64,000 bases of DNA from NCBI GenBank assembly GCA_004431415.1, contig QPMI01000063.1, positions 153,210 to 217,209 on the forward strand. Reading direction: 5' to 3'. The translations under genes were made by a program, and so were the position numbers. Shown piece by piece: positions 1-10,807 of this stretch. Position 1 is the first letter of the stretch. The number at the start of each line of letters is the position of its first letter. The notes under the pieces are model-generated. The model did no database searches and had not been told where the DNA came from. It worked only from the letters and a program-made list of their open reading frames with translations. This DNA is from Cyanophora paradoxa CCMP329 (Eukaryota; Plantae; Glaucophyta).

Positions 1-1744
1 ATGCGGGACGGACAGCGGGGCAAAGAGTCTCTGGTGCCGGCGCCGGCGCCAGCCGCGGCGGATCCGGATCGATCCCTGGAGCTGGACGAGAGCGCCACCA
101 AGGCGTTGCAGGAGCTGGAGGAGGAGCAATGTGTGCGATATTGGAAGGGAAAGTCTGGTTGGCAGCGTTGTCTGCAGGTGCGCTTGCATTGAAGCCTTAA
201 GCTTATTCACGGCTTTTGTTCGGAGGCCTAGGCCGGCTTATCCGCCCCCGCGCGCAGATCCCTCTCGTCGGCGTGTTCTTTCAGGTTCGCCACGCATATG
301 CATGGTGGGTCGACGCCCACGTCGCGCGAGCCAGACGCATTCGCAGGGATTCGACAAGCGAGTGGAACCCTGGGCGCGGGTTCCCTTTTTCAACATGTTC
401 TTCGCAATGACCAATACGGCCTCGAACCGCGTGGGTCTCGATGAGGTCCGCAAGCAGGTCGAAGTGCGTGGATCCGTCCCTATATATAGCTAGGCCTCCG
501 GCCTGGATCCGATGATCCCTTCGAATTCCGGATCCGGGATCCGACGCCTGCTTAAAAGCTTTCCCGGCCCGGCCCCCCGCAGGTTGTAGCGCTGATGGTG
601 CATCTCCGAGACTCTGAGAGGCGATACTTCACTACCACTGCGCATGCGTGCTGATCGTGAGGGGCGCGCAGGCAGCACTCGCCATCAGCAGCACGATCTC
701 CCTCTCCACTGCTGTTGATTTCAATGAGCTTCGCGAGGTGCGCTAGCGCTAGCGCCGTGGTGCTCGATGCTGCAGACGTACGCGTGCTCATCGATATCGG
801 TTCGGCAGGCCGACATCAGGCTCGCGACGGCGCCGTACGCGCTGCAGGGCGAGCTGGTGGCGCCCTCCACGGATCTCTCCAACTCCATCCTCATCTCCCT
901 CTCTCTGAACACAATCGTTATCGTTTCGGGTGCCTGCCCTCTGAATCTTTTTTCTCGGGCTCTCTCATTCTTGCCTCAGCCACCTTGTTCTTCGTGCGCC
1001 TGGTCGAAATCGACCTGCAATTGCTAGAATTCGAAATCGATCTGGCGATGGATCGATATCTAACCATATAGATCTGACCGCCAGATGATGCTTTCTCAAG
1101 TTTCGATGGGTGGCAGCAACGATATTCCCAAGGCGCGCCCATGAATGCGCCTGCTTAAATTCCCAGCTTATTTTCTATCGCAGCCACTGTACGTGTACTT
1201 CATCGGGCCTGCCGTGACAATCAATGCTTCATTCTTTCTCATCTCAGTCATTTTCACTTGCAGGTCCACTCTAAAGCTTGTCCCCCACCCCGCGCGTTTT
1301 CTGACCCATGATGCTCTGCAGAGCGCTAGCGAGGGTTCTGGCCATCAAGTTTCCGGACTATGCGATCGAGCAGCAAGGCACGAGCGACCTCATTTTCAAC
1401 TGGAGCTCCAATTCGGGCATCATCTGGGTGCGCCAGCTGCAGGCGCCCCTCGGAGGCCTAGGTTCGCTGCCTGCGCATGCCGATGCGTGTGGCTGGCCTC
1501 GCAGCTGGGTGGCGCGGTGATCATCCCCGTCACCCTCTTCGTCTTCTGGGCCCTCGTCTCCCAGGTGCGGGTCGCCGGCGCCCTCCCTTCAATTTCCGCC
1601 CAGGGCGAGCTCGAGCTCACGGGCCGGATCATCCGATTGCAGTTCGTTTATCATAACATTAGCTATCGGACAGCGGGGGAACAGGCGGCCCTCAAGAAGC
1701 AATCCGCCCGCGTCGTCCCAGTCACTGATAGTCATGCTCTGTGA
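1..1744 (+). CDS. 3' part of a spliced gene for a probable membrane protein (5' end outside the window; exon boundaries uncertain)
   Basis: Exon-like fragments ADIRLATAPYALQGELVAPSTDLSNSILISLSLNTIVIVS, LGGAVIIPVTLFVFWALVSQ and FVYHNISYRTAGEQAALKKQSARVVPVTDSHAL* are separated by GT..AG-bounded segments. No family recognised. Confidence 0.35.
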
Positions 1745-2528
1745 GTGCGCACGTGCTGTTTAATTTACTATTATAATTAGGTATCCACCCTGCCCCCCCG
1801 GCCCGGCCCGCTCGTCTCAGGATGTGCAAGGTGGGGTTTGTTATTTCGAGGGAGAGGCAGGTTTGGGACCCCGGCCCAGATCTCGAGGGGGTGGCGATAG
1901 GCTGGGAGCGCTGGCAGGCTGGGATCCCGAGCGCTAGCGCTGGCAGGCTAGGCCGGGAGCGCTGGCAGCAGTCTCGGAGGACTGCAGCTGGCCCGGCCCG
2001 GCGCGCCGGCGCCGGCGCCGGCGGGGAAAAGGGGGGGGAGGGGGCCGGGGGAGGGGGGGAGGGGGGAGGGGGGGGGTTAATATGCATGTGTCAGTGCCAG
2101 AGTGTACATATGCATGTTCCGTGGGCGGCGCCTGGCGGCGAGCGGGGCGGGCGGGGCGGCGCAGTCGCGCACTTTCCTGAGGCCAGCTGGCCAGGTGAAG
2201 GTTAACGCCGAAACTTGAAACCGATCGCGATCGATCGCGCCTCCCAGGATTCGAATTCGAACCCGAGTCTCGCACGCGGCCGCGGGCCACGCGTACGCGC
2301 CGCGCGCGGCCCAGCCGCGGGCGGGCGGGCCGGGGCGGGACGGCGCAGGACCGGCGGCTTGAGCGCTTGACTCGCCCGCCGCGCTTTTATCTACGGATAC
2401 ATCGCTTCAACGCGTCAGACGAAGGTTATAATTACGCCAAATTCGAAACTGCAGCTGATCATGATCGCTCTGACGCCGGGACGGGTACATCAACCGCTTC
2501 GTTTGCGTCGGCGAGTGTCGGCGGAGCG

Positions 2529-5500
2529 ATGCTGGCGTTTCTGCTGCCGTCTCCGGTCCTCGGCCGGCTTGGCCGGCTCGGGCAGATCACGTCGCCCGCC
2601 AGCGGTCTCGCGCTTGGTCGCCGTTCAGCCAGTTCGGCCGTCGGCGCAGGACTCGGCACCCGCGGCTTCCTAACCGGCTCCGAAAAATCCCGGAGCTTCT
2701 TTGGGGCGTGCGTGCTCCCCGCGTACGTGCTGGGGCGTTCCGCCTCCGCCTCGTCGCGCTTCTTCGTGTCCGCCGCCCATGCCGAGGGTTCGCCTCCGAC
2801 GCTTCCCTTGCCGCGCACGGCTGCTCTGATGTGTCTGCAGTGCCTAAGAACCCCGAAAAGGCCCGCATCGTCATCGTCGGTGCGTACGCGTCCCGGCGCC
2901 GGCCCGCGGCCGCCGGGCCGTATGCATATGCGTCGGGACGTCCCGCGCGGACCGCAGGCTCACGCCGGCCGCGCCTCGCAGGCGGTGTCGCCGGCGGCGC
3001 CACGGCGTCGGCGCGGGCGCGCCGGGTGAACGAGAAGGCCGGTCCGCCTCCGCCTGTGGCCGCGTGCTCGCGCGCCCGGGCCGGCCCCGCCCGACGCGCC
3101 CGGTCGCAGAGATCACCATCCTCGAGCGCGGTGGCTACGTCTCCTTCGCCAACTGCGGTGCGCGCCGCCGCCGCCGCCGCCCGCCTCGCCGGCCCCCTTC
3201 GACGCGCGCGGCCGCCGCGCGCGCAGGCCTCCCCTACTACCTCTCCGGGGACATCGCCTCGCGCGACAAGCTCCTGCTCCAGAACCCGCAGGTCCCGCCG
3301 CCCTCGACGCGCCCGGCTCGTTCCCGGGCCCGGCGCCTGAGCCGGCGGCCGCGCAGGGATTCAAGGACCGGTACAACGTGGACGTCAAGGTGCGGACGGA
3401 GGTCGTGCGGATCGACCGGGCGCGGAAGGTCGTCGTCGCCCGCAACGTCGACACGGGCGCCGAGTCCGAGCTCCCCTACGACCGCCTCGTCCTCTCCCAG
3501 GGCGCCGTGCGCCCCCGTACCCCCCCCCCGTACCCCCTTCTCCGCCGCCCCGTACCCCGCCCCGACCGGCGCCCCCCAGGCGCCCATCGTGCCCGACTTG
3601 CCGGGGGCCACGGCCGCGCACGTCTTCACCATCCGCGACCTGGGTACGCGATCGCCTCCGCCCCTGTACCCCCCTCCCTCCCGGAGCCTGACGTACCCCC
3701 CAGACGACACGGACCGGATCCAGGCCTTCCTGAACAAGAACACGGCGAAGACGGCGGTCATCGTCGGCGGCGGCTTCATCGGTGCGGCCGCGCGATCCAC
3801 CCATCCGAGCCACGCGATCCATCTGTCCGAGCCCGAACCCCCCAGGGGTGGAGATGGCGGAGGCGATGGTGGCGCGGGGACTGCGGACGACGCTGCTGGA
3901 GCGGGGGGCGGGGATCATGCGCGGCGTCCTCGACGCCGAGTTCTCCGACCTCTGCACCCGCGTCCTCCAGAAGGTCCGCCCCGGCTTCGGCCGCGCCCTC
4001 GAGTCCACGCCGGGGCTCTGGAGCTAGGGCTCTTGCGCCCGCCCGCCCCCTCCTGACCATGGGGGGCCGGGCAGCACGGCGTGACGGTGCTCGCCAACTC
4101 GGGCATCGCCTCCGGTGCGCCCGCCCGCCGACTCATGATCAGGCGGCCCGCGGCGGCCTCCGACGAGGGCGCGCAGTGGACGAGGGGAAGAAGACGGTGG
4201 GGCTGGCGGACGGGCGCGAGCTCCCCGCCGACCTCGTCATCATGGCCGTCGGCGTCCGCCCCGAGGTCGCCCTCGCCAAGGTAGCCCCCCAAGCTCTCCC
4301 CCCCCTCTTCCTCGCCCTAACGGGATGGACGGAAAGGCCGCGGGGCTGGAGGTGGGCGCGACGGGCGGCGTGGCGGTGAACGAGCTGATGCAGACCTCGG
4401 ACCCCGACATCTTCGCCGTCGGCGACATGGCCCGCCTGCTCGGCTCTGCCTTTCCGCCCTCTCTCATCCGGCCCGCAGGCCGAGGTCACGCACCGCGTGA
4501 CGGGCCGGAAGGTCCGCGTGCCCCTCGGCGGCCCTGCCAACCGCCAGGTCCGCCCCGCCGCCCGCCCCGCCGCCCGTGCCGGCTCCGCCAACCCGCCCCG
4601 GCCCGCCCCCGCAGGGCCGCGTGGCCGGCAACAACGCGGCGGGCGGCCGCATGGCGTACCCCGGCACCCTCGGCTCCTGGGTCGTCAAGCGCGTACCCCC
4701 CGCACTCCGCCGTACCCCCCCCGCGACGGGGGCTCACGCGTACCCCCCCGCAGGCTGTTCGACCACACGGCGGGGGCGACGGGCCTGACGGAGGACACGG
4801 CGCGGGCCGCGGGGCTCAGCTTCGGCGCCGTCACCGTCCACCCCAACCACCAGTGCGGCCGTACCCCCTCCCCTCCCCCGCCCGCGCCCGCCCCCGGCCT
4901 CACTCCTCGACCGCCGCCGCGCAGCGCCGGCTACTACCCGGTACCCCTCCGACCTCCGACAGCGACACGCGCGCGCGCGCGCGGCCTGACGCCATCCCCG
5001 CAGGGCGCGGAGCCGCTGCAGCTGAAGCTGATCTTCGAGAAGGGGACGGGCCGCGTCCTCGGCTGCGAGGCCTTCGGCAAGGCGCGCCCCGCCCCGCCCC
5101 GCCCCGAAGCGACTCTGCTGAGGGGCGCCGGGCCCCAGGCCGGGGTGGACAAGCGGGTGGACGTGGTGGCGGCCGCCATCGCCGGCCGCATCTCCCTCGA
5201 GGAGCTCGAGGAGTGCGCCGTACCCCGCCCCCCCCCCCCCCCCCTCCCCGCCCCCCCCCCCCCCCCCCCCCCCCCCCCCGCCCGCCGCTGAGGCGCCCCG
5301 CCAGCATCGACCTCTCGTACGCGCCGCCCTACAGCAGCGCCAACGACCCCGTCAACATGGGCGCGCGTCCTCCTCTCACTCGCCTGCTGCGGCTGAGCCG
5401 CTGAGCCGCGCGCCCGCGCAGCCGCCTTCGTGGCGAGCAACGCGAGCACGGGGTACAGCCCAGCGATCACGCCGGCCGAGCTGGTGCCCCTCCTCAACGA

Positions 5501-5907
5501 CCCCGCCGGTACACCCCGCCCCCCCCCCTCTCGAGCCCCGCCTTGCCTCGCGCGGTCCTTAATTACGCCGCGTCAGTGGCGATCGTGGACGTGCGGGGCG
5601 CCGGGGAGTGGGAGGCGGGCCACCTCGCCGCCTCCAACGTGCGGAACGTGCCCCTGCCCGAGCTGCGCGCCCGCCTCGGCGAGATCCCGCGCGACCGCCG
5701 CGTCGTCGTCCACTGCCAAGTCGGTGTGGTCGTACCCCCCCGCCCCGCCCCGCCCGCTCCGCATGACCTGACGGGGCGGCAGGGATGCGGGGCCACATCG
5801 CGCTCCGCTGCCTCGTGCAGAACGGCTTCTCCGACGTGCGCAACGTCACGGGCGGCTTCAAGAGCATGGCCCAGCACGCCGCCCTCCCCGTCGCCAAGGG
5901 CAAGTGA
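2529..5907 (+). CDS. FAD-dependent CoA-disulfide reductase / NADH-dependent persulfide reductase fused to a C-terminal rhodanese domain, with a predicted organellar (plastid) transit peptide; about 22 exons
   Basis: Spliced product contains RIVIVGGVAGGATASARARR (FAD GxxxxG), YVSFANCGLPYY (redox Cys of the CoADR/Nox family), AVIVGGGFIGVEMAE (NAD-binding), TSDPDIFAVGD, IDLSYAPPYS and a rhodanese domain IVDVR..EW..GH..VVHCQVGMRG. ATG at 2529 starts an S/A/R-rich leader MLAFLLPSP. Stop TGA at 5905-5907. Confidence 0.92.
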
Positions 5908-6088
5908 GGGGACCGGGCCGCGGGCCGGGGCCGGGGCCGGGCCGCCGCCCCGCCGGCTGCACCCCCTATTTTACTATGATTACATGTATACGCACGCGTA
6001 CCCAGCGCACTAGAGTGACCCAGTGCATGAAGCTTCCGAGTCTCGCACTGCGGCATATCTTACAACACTGTGAACGGGCGATGCCTTT

Positions 6089-6960
6089 TCAAGGCCTGCG
6101 CATCTGCTGCATCTGCAGCTGCGGCCGGCGTGCCGGGGGGGCCCGGGCTCCTCCGGCCCCTCTCGGCCCCCCGGGGTCACCTCCGGCCCCTCTCGGCCTC
6201 TCGGCTCGGGTCCCGGATCGTCTTCCGCAGCTCCTCCTGCGAGAGCTGCGGCCGCCTCGCAACCGGCCCCGGCGGCGCCGCCGGGGCGGGGGCGGGTGGC
6301 GCACGTCGGAGAAAAGGCCCTTCTTGGCCTCGCCGCCGGCCGGCTTCGAAGCCGGGCTCTTGAACCCGAACACGCTCATCGGGAGCCCCAGGCCTGCGCG
6401 CGCGCCGCACCAGAGGCCCGGCGGCCTTCAGAGACAGCTGCAGCGGCGGCGAGCGCGACGCCTGGCGGCGCACCGTATCCGAAACCAGCTGCGGGAGCGG
6501 AGAGAGCGCGTCAACTAGAGATGCTAGGCTGGGATACGATGCGGCCAAGGCCGGCCGCGGCCTGGCAAAGCTAGGCCTAGGTAGCTAAGGCTCGAGAAGC
6601 GTCGGCGCACCTCCGATGCCGCAGGCCCCGCCCACCGCGGCGCCAAAGTGCAAGCCCGGCATAGAGCCAAGGCCGATGCCGATCCCTGCGCCCCGCGGTG
6701 AGCCCGCGCCGCGCAGCTAAGGCGAGACGCCTGCGCCTGCGCTCCGCGCGCACCGCCCGAGAGGCCGACGCCGACGCCAACGCCGCAGCCGATGCCAACT
6801 GCGACGCGGCGTCAGCGCGCGCGCCCGGCAAGCGCGCGCGCGAATGCGGATGCGGACCGCCGACGCCAGGCCCTAGCGGCTTCCCGTTCCAGCGCGCTCG
6901 AGGTATCCTGATCCCCACAAACGGCACGTAGACGTGCTCTGGCCCAATCTCGAGGCCCAT
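6089..6960 (-). CDS. Small spliced hypothetical protein, divergent from the kinase
   Basis: ATG at 6960 gives MGLEIGPEHVYVPFVGIRIPRARWNGKPL. Further exon-like pieces (KPAGGEAKKGLFSD, LSQEELRKTIRDP) are bounded by splice-like signals. 3' end approximate. Confidence 0.4.
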
Positions 6961-7161
6961 CGCCGCCGGCCCCGATGACAACTTTTTTTCGGAGCCGGGT
7001 ACAACTTCTGAAAAGCGAGCGGTTTGAAGAGCGGCCCGGTCTGCGCCGACGATATTCCCTCGCACGCAGACGCGCCGCCGACTGAACCAACCGCACAGAC
7101 CGCTCCCGCAGCGCGGAGCCGACCAGTTGGCTCTCTCGGCAACGAGACGCGCGCGCCCTGC

Positions 7162-10100
7162 ATGCGCGCCTCCGCGGCGGCGCCGAATGCGATTTCGAGC
7201 TCGCGAAGTCTCGTGCCGCACGCGGCCATGCAAGCGCAGCGTGGCATGCAGCGCAGCCGGAACAGCATGGCATTCAAGCTGACGGCCGGCCTGCTCTCGA
7301 CGTTCCGCGCGATCTCATACGCATACAGCGCCCGCCACAAGCGCCGCAGCGGCCTATCTCCCCGCAAGCGGATCGACGGGTTCGTGCCCGCTGCGCTGCC
7401 TGCGCATGGGCCAACGCTCCCGCTCTCCCCGGCCCGCGCGGCGCGCGGCCACCAGCGCCGCGCTTCATCCCTCCGCGCTGCGTTCTGTCACTCGCTATCA
7501 AAGAGCGGCGGGCCGCGCGCTTCCGCCCGCGCCGCGCCGGCGCCGCGCGGCGCCGCTAGCTCTCGGCGCCGGGAAGAGGCGGCCGCGTCCGTCCAAGGGC
7601 CCCGCGGCTGACACCCGCGGCGGCAGGTCGCCGGAGGAGGTGCCCCTCTTCGCGGAGGGCTCGTACCTCGGCTCCCGCTTCGTCCTCATAAAGATGCTCG
7701 GCTCCGGCTCCTTCGGGCAGGCGCGCCCGGCCCGGCCGGCCCCGCGCGAGCCCCCACTGATCGACGCGCGCTGATCCTCGATCTCCTCCCGCCCGCCTCC
7801 GCTCGCGCAGGTCTACAAGGTGGGCGGGAGCCCCCGGCGTCTCGTTCCCGCCCGCTTCAGCCCACTGACCGTCTTCCCCCGCCTCTACTGCTTTCGCGCG
7901 GCGTACCCCCGCAGGCCTACGATAAACGCCTTGATCGACTCGTGGCTCTGAAGATCATCAAGGACGCCACGCGGTGCGGGCGGACTTAGACCACGCGCCC
8001 CGTACCCCCGGCCCGACTCCCCCCCCCCGGGGTACGGCAGCTTCGACTTCCAGACCCGAAACGAGCTCGAGGTCCTCAGGCTCCTCCAGAGCCCCGGCTT
8101 CTCCGCGCCCCCGTCCATCGGTCCGACGTACCCCTTCCCTTCTCACCCCCCCCGGCTCTGATCGCGTACCCCCCGGTCCGCAGTGAAGCTGCTGGACCAG
8201 GTGCAGGAGGGCCAGCACGCGGTCTTCGTCTTCGAGCTCCTCTCGCAATCCCTGTACTCCCTCCTCCGCTCCTGCTCCTTCCGCGGCGTCGGCCTACCCC
8301 TCGTCCGCCGCGTCGCCGCCCAGGTCCCTATCCAGTACCCCTCCTCCCTTCCCCCCGACCGTTGATAGCATACCCCTCGACCCCGCAGCTCCTTCGGGTC
8401 CTCTGCTTCCTCGCCCAGCCGTGAGTCTCGGCTTACGTACCCCCCCCCCCCGCCCCCCCCCCCAGTCTTGCCGACCCTGCACCCGCAGACAAGTCGACAT
8501 CATCCACTGCGATATGTGCGCTGCTTCCGACCCCAAAGCGCGCCCCGCCCCGCCCCGCCCGCCTGACAGGCCCCGCAGAAAGGTCCCACGCGCCCGGCGC
8601 CGCGGGCCGGGGGCGCCCGCCCGCGCCCCGGACCTCGAAACCTGGCGTACCCCCCGCGCAGCCCGAGAACGTTCTGCTGGTGGACTCGAAGCGGTCCGAG
8701 GTGCGCCTCTACCCTTATTTGATTCGCTCAGCCTACCCCTCCGCTCAGGTGAAGCTGGCGGACTGGGGCAGCGCCTGCCACTCCTCCCATACCCCCTTCG
8801 CCTACATCCAAGCGCGCTTACCCCCCTTACCCCCAACCCCCCTTCATCTCAGTCCCCCTTAATTCTCCCCCCGCAGAGCCGCTTCTACAGGGCCCCGGAG
8901 GCGCGCCGGGCCGCACCCCTCGCTCCGTCCCCCCTCCGAGCGCCGCCTCCCCGATCGGCGTACCCCCCCTCAGGTGATCCTGGGGGTGCCCTACACGCGC
9001 GCCATCGACATGTGGTCCCTCGGCTGCACCATCGTGCCCCCCCCTTTCCCCCTCCCCTTTCTCCCCCTCCTCTTAACTTCCCCCCCCCCCCCCCCCAGGC
9101 GGAGCTGCACGCGGGGGCGCCGCTCTTCGACGGGCGCAACGAGTTCGAGCAGATCTGCAAGATCGTCGAGGTACGGTACCCCCCTGCCCCCTAGAACCGG
9201 CTTAGATCCCCCGGCGCCCCTTCATCGACCCCCCTCCCTCCACCCCCGCCCTCCTCTCCCTCCCCGACTCTGACGCGGCGGGGCCGGGCCGGGGCGGCGG
9301 CGGTCAGGTGCTGGGCATGCCGGCCGAGGGGCTCCTCCTCCGCGGCTCAAGGCCCGCCCCCTCCCCACCCCTTCCCCCCCCCCCCCCCCCCCCCCCAACG
9401 CCCGGGCGCGCAGTCGCGCTCGTTCTTCGGAGGCCTCTCCTTCGGGCGCCCGCGCCTCCGCTACTGCCCCTCCCTCGGGCCCCGCCCCGTGGCCCGCCCC
9501 TGCCACCGTCCACGCCCCTTACCCTCTGATGTACGGGTCGGACGGCGCGCTCGCAGGTGCCGCAGGGGCGGCCCCTCGCCTCCGTGCTCGGCATCGCCAC
9601 GGGGGGGCCCCGCGGCCTCTTCGCCGGCCAGCCCGGCCACTCCCAGCAGGTCCGGCCCCGTACCCGCCCCCCCCGCTCCCTCCTCCCCTCAAACGTATTC
9701 CCCCCCCCCCCCCCTCCCCGTTAGGAATACGCGGCGTTTCTGGACTTCGTGAAGCGGTGCCTCGAGCTCTCCCCGCACGCCCGCCTCACGCCCTGTGCGC
9801 CCGTACCCCCTCCCGCTTTCCCCCCCCCCTCCCCCTTCCTGCCTGCACTGACCGCGGCCTGCGCGCGCCACGGCCGCCAGTCGAGGCGCTGAGGCACCCG
9901 TTCCTCGCGGGGTTCGCGCCCGAGCGCCCGGCCGCCTCGCCGGCGCTCCCCGCGCTCCGGGCCACGCCGCCCCCGCGGGGACGGGCCGCCCCCGCCGCGC
10001 CTCGGCCTCCTCCGGCTCCTCCTCGCACGCCGACACGCCCCCCCAGCTGCTGCAGCGCGCCGCTCCCGCCCCCTCCGCCACCTCCTTCGCCGCCCGCGCC

Positions 10101-10300
10101 GCGCGCTGCGCGGAGGACGCGCATGCGTGCGGGTACCCCGCCGACCGTGCCGCCCCAGCGCTCGCGATCGGAGTCGGGTTCGGGGGCGCCGCCGCGGGGC
10201 TCGCGCTGCGCCAGGCGAACCCCTTCGGCTCCTTCATCGCCGGCTAGCGCCCGCTTTGGCTCCTTTGGCTCAGCCCCTTACCTTAGTAAGCTTCCCCCCC
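7162..10300 (+). CDS. DYRK1-like dual-specificity protein kinase (multi-exon; both ends approximate)
   Basis: KLTAGLLSTFRAISYAYSARHKRR resembles the DYRK1 N-terminal helix/NLS. Kinase motifs: LGSGSFGQVYKA, VALKII, HCDIKPEN, VKLADWGSAC, activation loop FAYIQSRFYRAPE, IDMWSLGC, EALRHPF. Confidence 0.88.
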
Positions 10301-10807
10301 GCCCCGCCCCGTCCCCACCGCCCTTTCCCACCTCCATTCGCGTGATACGCCTAGTACTAGTCTAGAACCACTTCGCCGAAAGCTTCGATTCGGATTTTGA
10401 ATTGGGGTACCCGGCGGCGGCTCACTGTATATGCAACATGTACAGTACTAGTTGTTGGGCGCGCGCAAGGGCCGCGGCCGTGGCCCCGGCCGGATCCGGA
10501 GGCATGCATATGTACGAAATGTACATGCATGCATATGCAGCTGCGCATGCAGAATGATGCATTGTACATGTCATGCACACGATTCACGTGCACATGATTA
10601 ACAGTGCCTCCGTCTCGTGGCGCCCTTTTCCCCCACGTGCACCCACGTTCAACCCGCCGACGTCGACTCGTATTTAAGCCTCGGGCTTCGCCGGAACCCC
10701 CCCGATCGGTTCCGCAGCTTCGACGGGACCCCCCGGGGGTCACAATCAGCGCGCTGCCCGAAGGGACCGCAGGGGCCGACGTCCACGCGGCCCAGCGGGC
10801 CGGCCCG

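Noticed and set aside
8749-8780. Kinase as a pseudokinase (DWG instead of DFG; FAY instead of YxY)
   Set aside because: The catalytic Lys, HCD-x-K-x-x-N, the Mg-binding Asp and the second activation-loop Tyr are all retained, so the kinase is probably active.
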